Part shown: positions 58,288-64,000 of the stretch, piece after piece
How positions within the stretch are numbered: the first letter of the stretch is position 1
Layout of the letters: each line of letters opens with the position of its first letter
Source: a virus
Reading direction: 5' to 3' (one strand)
Length of the DNA: 64,000 nt
Virus record (IMG/VR): IMGVR_UViG_3300020182_003555
The notes under the pieces: model-generated
What the model saw: the letters and a program-made list of their open reading frames with translations, nothing else
The model's database searches: none
What the model was told of the DNA's origin: nothing
Program-made: the position numbers and the translations under genes

Positions 58288-58667
58288 ATAAATTCATAGG
58301 GCTTGGTAACCTAACTAGGGAACCTGCGATTAAAAAAACAAAAAATGGAAACACTGTTTGTGACTTTAGTGTCGCTATAAACAACAAGGCTAGCAACTCA
58401 GTATTCTACATTGACGTAGAAGCATGGGGAAATGTGGCTGAAAACTGCAACAGGTTCCTATCGAAAGGCAGAAAAGTTTTACTCGAAGGGAAACTATTGT
58501 CAAGTAGCTGGGTTTCTAAATCTGGAGAAAACAGAAGTAAGACTTATTGTAGGGCTGATTTTGTAAACTTTCTTGATAAGCCTTCAGAGGAGAACCAAAA
58601 AGAAAACGTTGATAGGAAAGCTGAGCGAATAATAGAAGAGGACGACTTCGCAGACATCCCGTTTTAA
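58284..58667 (+). CDS. ssb: single-stranded DNA-binding protein
   Basis: GNLTREP, FSVAIN, VEAWG..AE.C..FLSKG..V..EG.L, tail DDFADIPF. Confidence 0.95.
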   Translation: MNKFIGLGNLTREPAIKKTKNGNTVCDFSVAINNKASNSVFYIDVEAWGNVAENCNRFLSKGRKVLLEGKLLSSSWVSKSGENRSKTYCRADFVNFLDKPSEENQKENVDRKAERIIEEDDFADIPF

Positions 58668-58668
58668 C

Positions 58669-59721
58669 ATGAATTCAATAATATATAAAGGCCCACTAAA
58701 CTCCTTATCATTTGGGAACGTGTCCGTAAACCTACTAAAGGCAATGTTCGAAAAGGGAATGAACGTAGCTATATTCCCGAATGGCAATATAGATGTTAGC
58801 GCCTTCGAAATAGATCAAGATTTTAAAACATGGATAGAATCTGGGATTAATGATAGGTTTCAAATATTCAAGAAATCTGACACAACGTTGCAAATGTGGC
58901 ACTTAAATGGTTCGGAAAACAGAATATCCCCCAAGCAGATACTGTATACTTTTTACGAGTTAGATAAGCCAACTAGCACGGAAATTTCCCTAGCAAACTT
59001 TCAAGATAAGACTGTATTTAGCTCATCTCAAGCTCAATCTCTCTTTCCAGATTCATCGTTTTCCCCTTTGGGGTTTGATAGCTTTTTTCATAAAACTGAA
59101 AAAAAATACCTTGAGGGAAAAACCCACTTTGGGTTAATGGGTAAATTTGAAAAAAGAAAGCATACCGAAAAAATAATAAAATGCTGGATCCGTAAGTACG
59201 GAGGTAACCACAACTACCAATTGACATGCTGCATAACAAACCCATTTCTAAAGAAAGAACAAATGGAGGCCGTAATATCACGAATTCTAGGAGGAGAAAG
59301 ATGTGAGAACATTAATTTCTTACCCTTCCTTCCTAAAAATTCTCAAGTAAACGACTACTTAAACTCAATAGATATTGACCTAGGAGGAATGAGTGGCGCA
59401 GAAGGTTGGAACCTCCCCTCTTTTAACGCAACCTGCCTAGGAAAATGGAGCATAGTACTAAATAGTAGCTCTCATAAAGATTGGGCTTCTAAAGACAACT
59501 GCGTACTAGTAAACCCAAGCGGCAAAGAGCCTGCTTATGATAATATGTTTTTTAAAGAAGGAGAAGAGTTTAATCAGGGCAACATATATACTTTTGATCA
59601 AGATGAATTCATCGATGCAATGGAAAAAGCTGAAGAAAAATGTACCATAACAAATACAGAAGGTGAAAAATTAAAGCATAAGTTCACCTATGAAAACACA
59701 CTAAATAAGATTTTAGAATAA
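58669..59721 (+). CDS. GT-B (GT4-like) glycosyltransferase
   Basis: SFGNV, GKFEKRK, SGAEGWNLP. Confidence 0.75.
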   Translation: MNSIIYKGPLNSLSFGNVSVNLLKAMFEKGMNVAIFPNGNIDVSAFEIDQDFKTWIESGINDRFQIFKKSDTTLQMWHLNGSENRISPKQILYTFYELDKPTSTEISLANFQDKTVFSSSQAQSLFPDSSFSPLGFDSFFHKTEKKYLEGKTHFGLMGKFEKRKHTEKIIKCWIRKYGGNHNYQLTCCITNPFLKKEQMEAVISRILGGERCENINFLPFLPKNSQVNDYLNSIDIDLGGMSGAEGWNLPSFNATCLGKWSIVLNSSSHKDWASKDNCVLVNPSGKEPAYDNMFFKEGEEFNQGNIYTFDQDEFIDAMEKAEEKCTITNTEGEKLKHKFTYENTLNKILE

Positions 59722-60065
59722 TGCCTCTATATACATATGAGCACCCCGAAACAGAAGAGTTGATTGACATAGTTCAATCGATGAAAGAGGATCACATATA
59801 TATTGACAATGAAGGAGTAAAGTGGAATAGAGTATTTTACGCGCCTGAAGCTTCAACAGACTCAAGTATTGACCCGTTCGACAAAGAAGCGTTCAAGTCT
59901 AAAACCTTTAATAAAAAAGGTTCTTATAACGATGTGCTAGAAAAAAGTAAAGAGTTGGGGCAAATGAGAAAAGATAAACTAGGGTACGACCCTGTTCAAA
60001 AAAAATACTTCAAGGATTATAGTAGCAAGAGAAGGGGCATAAAGCACCCTCTTGACAACACCTAA
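59721..60065 (+). CDS. FmdB-like small protein lacking the zinc cysteines
   Basis: MPLYTYE start and ..RVF.AP pattern of FmdB-type proteins, with no CxxC. Confidence 0.5.
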   Translation: MPLYTYEHPETEELIDIVQSMKEDHIYIDNEGVKWNRVFYAPEASTDSSIDPFDKEAFKSKTFNKKGSYNDVLEKSKELGQMRKDKLGYDPVQKKYFKDYSSKRRGIKHPLDNT

Positions 60066-60072
60066 ATTTTAG

Positions 60073-60079
60073 GTGTAAT
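60073..60079 (+). promoter_or_regulatory. putative phage late promoter, GTGTAAT
   Basis: 17 nt upstream of ATG 60090. Confidence 0.5.
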
Positions 60080-60089
60080 ATACTCCTGT

Positions 60090-61352
60090 ATGTCAGACCC
60101 AGGAGATTTTAAGAATAATCCGTTATATACGGATATAACAAAACTTGATGCGCTATCACCCTCGCCATCTTTTTCTTATAACTGGAACAAAGCATCGGGA
60201 AGATGGGACCCTGCAGCGGAAGTAGATTTTATACTAGAAGGGTTATCTGGAGAGCTCGCAGAGTTAAACAGGCAAAGCTCTAGTAGTGTAAAGTTATTGT
60301 CAGGTATATCAGGAGAACTCTCAAATATTCATGTTGAGGTTGAGATCGACAGGGATATAGAATCCCATAGGTTACTATCAGGCATTCATGGCGAATTGCT
60401 TAACCTAGGGGTAAACGACACGAGATCTCATGAGTTGCTATCAGGAGTAAAATCAGAATTATCAAACATACACATTGATGTAGAGATAGATAAAGATGTT
60501 GAATCTCATAGATTGCTATCTGGAGTCTTAGATTCGCTAACTAATCTTGACGTAAACGACACAAAAGCTCACGGTTTGCTATCAGGCTTATCCATAGGTT
60601 TATCAAATCTAGATGTAGATGACAATAAAACCCACGAACTACTTTCGGGAGTAATAGGAAAACTTGACCAAATAGGAGTAAGCCCGTCCGACTCCATTAC
60701 TGGAAATCAATCAAGAAGTAAGTCTCAACAATGGAAACTCAGAACCAAGACGGTTTCGCAAAAAATAGAAGAAGACTTCATACTAATGGAAGACATTCCT
60801 GAAGAATTAAGGTTTGGCTCAAACTCTGGAGATTGCTTAGGTCAAGACAGAAACATAAAAGATGATTTATTCGGAAACTACTTCAATAATGGAAGAAAAA
60901 ATTCCAGTGAACCAGAAAAATCACATCCAGATTTTTTCCTGCACGCAGAATATACAAAACCTGATAGATGTAGAGACTCTTTTTCTACTTTTGATAGCGA
61001 TACTCAATACGGATTAAGGCAAGAAAACTTTAAGGCTAGTTTAAAAAATTCTTACGAATTACAAGATTATAATGAATTATATGAAAGAGGACTACTTGAT
61101 CATATTGTAATATACAACCATTCTCCCTACCCCATACAGTTTCACACGAGCGACAGAAGGTTTTCAATAACAGATTCAGTAAAAGAAGGAAAAGATAATT
61201 TAATATTCCTCGATCCAGATATGGCCGTTAAGATACACAATGACGAAGCAGGAAGAGTTTTTGTAAAAAGACCGCATACTATATCAGGATATTCAGTAGA
61301 TTACGCAATTATATATAAAGTTCCAGCGGAGCAAGACAGGATCGACGGCTAA
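60090..61352 (+). CDS. probable virion protein with HxLLSG coiled-coil repeats
   Basis: Six LLSG repeats of 21 or 26 aa; GTGTA motif upstream. Confidence 0.55.
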   Translation: MSDPGDFKNNPLYTDITKLDALSPSPSFSYNWNKASGRWDPAAEVDFILEGLSGELAELNRQSSSSVKLLSGISGELSNIHVEVEIDRDIESHRLLSGIHGELLNLGVNDTRSHELLSGVKSELSNIHIDVEIDKDVESHRLLSGVLDSLTNLDVNDTKAHGLLSGLSIGLSNLDVDDNKTHELLSGVIGKLDQIGVSPSDSITGNQSRSKSQQWKLRTKTVSQKIEEDFILMEDIPEELRFGSNSGDCLGQDRNIKDDLFGNYFNNGRKNSSEPEKSHPDFFLHAEYTKPDRCRDSFSTFDSDTQYGLRQENFKASLKNSYELQDYNELYERGLLDHIVIYNHSPYPIQFHTSDRRFSITDSVKEGKDNLIFLDPDMAVKIHNDEAGRVFVKRPHTISGYSVDYAIIYKVPAEQDRIDG

Positions 61353-61757
61353 ATGGACTATTTCAGAATCAAAGACCCTCTAAAAAGGGTAGGGCCAGAT
61401 AGTTATATAATCGGGAGAAGCTTAACTGAACCACAGTTAAGGCTAGATGGAAACAGGCTTGAGGTTGATGAGATATATGCAACTTCCGCTTTATTTATAA
61501 ACGGCCTAAATGTATCAGACTACATAACAGGAAGCTCACTGCAAGATCAAATTTTTAACTCTAACCTTCGAGACAATAGGCTTGATATATCAGAAGCCTT
61601 TGAGAAAGATGAGCTGGGAGATATATCCCCTTCTAACGCCCCACTTATATCAGATTCAATGTGGATATTAAGGGATGATAATAATCTAGAATTAAGAGCT
61701 AATATCTGGAGGTATGATACAGGCCCCGAAGCTTTTACAGATGATATATCTTTTTAA
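61353..61757 (+). CDS. hypothetical, probable virion protein
   Basis: 134 aa, starts directly after the previous stop. Confidence 0.55.
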   Translation: MDYFRIKDPLKRVGPDSYIIGRSLTEPQLRLDGNRLEVDEIYATSALFINGLNVSDYITGSSLQDQIFNSNLRDNRLDISEAFEKDELGDISPSNAPLISDSMWILRDDNNLELRANIWRYDTGPEAFTDDISF

Positions 61758-61765
61758 TAATATTT

Positions 61766-61772
61766 GTGTAAT
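61766..61772 (+). promoter_or_regulatory. putative phage late promoter, GTGTAAT
   Basis: 14 nt upstream of ATG 61780. Confidence 0.55.
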
Positions 61773-61779
61773 ATAAGTA

Positions 61780-64000
61780 ATGGCTACAAGAAATTTAGTT
61801 CCAAGGAATAGCGGAGAAGGTGGAGTCGGCAGGCTAGACAAAGCTTGGGCGACAGGAGTATTTGATAATTTATATTTTGGCGGATTAATGGTCTCCATGG
61901 ACCAAAACGTAAGAACCTCAGATAGTGTAGAGTTTGTGAGTGGAAATTTTACAGACTCCTTAACGCTCGGAGGGGTAGATGTTTCCAAGCTGGGCACATC
62001 AATATCCCAAGTAGAATCTGGAGCTGCAGAATTTCTTTTTATATCCGATGTTCAAGATAATAACGGCGTAACAAACAAGACCTTCTTTGACTCCCCGGAT
62101 CCAAATCTTTATTTATCAGGAATAACAGTTGCATCTGCATCAGATCTAAGAGTGGAAATACAATGGGATGGCCCAAATTACGATTACATGGGGGAAGCTT
62201 TTATTAATAATCAAAAAATACCCTTAAGTAACATTGAGCAGTTAGGGCAAGACACCCGAAGATTTAAAGGTTTTTTGAATAATATAAACCTAGAGGGAGC
62301 CACATCAATAACCGCAACAGCGAACGGAAGAGTTTCTGAAATTTCATTAAACGAACTAGGTTTAGGTCCTGAGCCAATAAACATATTCATAGATGAAATT
62401 ATCAACGCTACGCCAAAACCCCAGCAACAGCTAGGAGTAAGCCACTTAAAAGCTGGAGATAAAATAAACATATATGCAGACTTCGACACAAACGATATAA
62501 CTTTAATAAAAGTTCACGGGTACGGATTAGCTCAAGAGATAGATTTCGCAAACTATCAACTATCAAACCTGGGGGGCCGTTATAGAGCCACAATACCAGT
62601 GACCATCTCTAACGAAACAGGACCTCAACCCGTTGCAATACAAGCGATAAACTCTTTCGGCTCTACCGGAGAGCTTAAAGAATCTACTGACTTTATGCAT
62701 TTTAGCGGGACAAGAAATTTAGATCAATCATACCCCATAATATCAGCCAATAATCCCAGTTCGTACAATGGAAGATCTGATGGATTAAGAGAGGGAGAGA
62801 GCACCTCCTTCTCAAACACTATTTCAAACTGGTCCAACACCTCCGATACAGTTTCATACACAGCCCTAAATTCAGACATTTCGATATCCAATACATCAAC
62901 CTTTGAAAGCAGCAAGTCGGTAAATTATGTAAATGGAATATACAACAATTCAGACAATATAGAAATTAACGCAGTAAGAACAAACAACGGAGCAACCGAT
63001 ACGGAAAGAGTAAAAGTTAAAATCGAAAACGGCCCCGCAATAACAGGCGCAAATTTATCCGCTATAGCTACATCCTCAATACCGCCTCACTCTATAGGGA
63101 CATCAGAGGTGAAAGCTGGAGACGTAGTAGGTTCAGAAATATTTATAGATGGAAAAGGGGTTGATATAAACGACATTTCTATATCTATAAGAAACGAAGG
63201 TTTATCAAATGGCTCTCAAACTAACTACAACTCAAACTTCTCCAAGACCGTATTGAGCGACGGAAGTTTTAAATTCGAAGTTCCGATAAATGTATTCGGG
63301 TCAATAGGCTCTTCGTCTAGAGATGGAGATCTCCCCATATCAATAATAGCTAAGAATAATTTTGGCTCTACTAGCGACAAATTCACCACTTCAGACACCG
63401 CTCGACTTAACAACCTAAGCTTTCCGTCTGTGAATATCGGAGCAATATCCTACCCCAATTCACAACAAGCTATAAAATCCACGGAATCAGCAGCCCTGAA
63501 TAACACGGCTTCAAATTTCGACATTATAACTTATTCCTCTCAAAACAATCAACTCTCAATAGATAATTCCTCGTCGTTCGAATCCCTAAAAAATGTATCC
63601 TACTTAAATGGTAGTTATAATATAAAATCAGACGGAGGAGATAACAATATAAAAATATCCGCCACAAAAAACTCTAATGGAATAACTATAGAAAAGGAAG
63701 ATGTTATAAATATCGCAAACACTCCACTAAGCTTGTCAATAATTAACCTTTCTCAAAAACTAAGTAGCTCACCGAGCGGAAACCAAGATCAGTTTTCTTT
63801 AGCGAGCGACCAACTAATGTTAGCGAACCCAACCTTAAGTACTGATACAGCCCAAGCAAACTCGTCAACTCTATCTCAAAACTCCCAAGGTACAGGAAAA
63901 TTAAGCAACTCTTATACGATTACAGCCCTAGATGTAGATACAAAAGGAACCTTCTCCTGGCAAGCTTCGGCAGTCAATCTTGCAGGAATAGAAACTACGT
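61780..64000 (+). CDS. large Ser/Thr/Asn-rich virion protein, truncated by the right window edge (absent from the ORF track)
   Basis: Frame appears open from ATG 61780 (MATRNLVPRNSGEGGVGRLDKAW) to the window end; beta-sandwich-like segments with an internal degenerate duplication (TFESSKSVNYVNG / SFESLKNVSYLNG). Confidence 0.8.
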   Translation, partial: MATRNLVPRNSGEGGVGRLDKAWATGVFDNLYFGGLMVSMDQNVRTSDSVEFVSGNFTDSLTLGGVDVSKLGTSISQVESGAAEFLFISDVQDNNGVTNKTFFDSPDPNLYLSGITVASASDLRVEIQWDGPNYDYMGEAFINNQKIPLSNIEQLGQDTRRFKGFLNNINLEGATSITATANGRVSEISLNELGLGPEPINIFIDEIINATPKPQQQLGVSHLKAGDKINIYADFDTNDITLIKVHGYGLAQEIDFANYQLSNLGGRYRATIPVTISNETGPQPVAIQAINSFGSTGELKESTDFMHFSGTRNLDQSYPIISANNPSSYNGRSDGLREGESTSFSNTISNWSNTSDTVSYTALNSDISISNTSTFESSKSVNYVNGIYNNSDNIEINAVRTNNGATDTERVKVKIENGPAITGANLSAIATSSIPPHSIGTSEVKAGDVVGSEIFIDGKGVDINDISISIRNEGLSNGSQTNYNSNFSKTVLSDGSFKFEVPINVFGSIGSSSRDGDLPISIIAKNNFGSTSDKFTTSDTARLNNLSFPSVNIGAISYPNSQQAIKSTESAALNNTASNFDIITYSSQNNQLSIDNSSSFESLKNVSYLNGSYNIKSDGGDNNIKISATKNSNGITIEKEDVINIANTPLSLSIINLSQKLSSSPSGNQDQFSLASDQLMLANPTLSTDTAQANSSTLSQNSQGTGKLSNSYTITALDVDTKGTFSWQASAVNLAGIETT

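Noticed and set aside
1007-63413. The many short opposite-strand ORFs in the track (60-150 aa)
   Set aside because: They lie inside longer, motif-supported genes on the other strand or frame and show no recognisable motifs
1-64000. Eukaryotic giant virus or contractile-tailed phage
   Set aside because: tmRNA, sigma70 promoters, a sigma factor and a lambda-type tail tip indicate a bacterial host; no sheath or baseplate wedge gene is recognisable in this window

Overview
This window is a 64 kb segment of a large, AT-rich tailed bacteriophage genome, probably a big siphovirus; it is not a cellular chromosome. From left to right it holds: (1) a complete tmRNA, a holin-like gene and small DNA/nucleotide genes (1-2.6 kb); (2) decorated virion proteins, neck and tail-completion genes and two tail-tube paralogues (2.7-13.5 kb); (3) tail chaperones, a 2402 aa tape measure and a much-expanded lambda-type tail tip with M, L, K, I-J, J C-terminal fibre and S74-chaperone equivalents (13.8-44 kb); (4) a glycan biosynthesis/modification cluster of about 12 genes (44.8-56.4 kb); (5) a divergent AT-rich control region followed by dNMP kinase, a sigma factor, SSB, another glycosyltransferase and more virion genes running off the right edge. 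Patterns not explained by ordinary gene calls include a GTGTAWW motif in front of 11 mostly virion genes (five times at exactly 14 nt), sigma70 promoters that appear to give leaderless mRNAs, one Trp-rich module inserted into four different tail proteins, GYIPNF motifs bracketing a nuclease-like insert in the tape measure, a GT9 enzyme split over two genes, and a flip in strand compositional bias at about 56.7 kb. All family assignments come from motif recognition by eye; no database searches were run.
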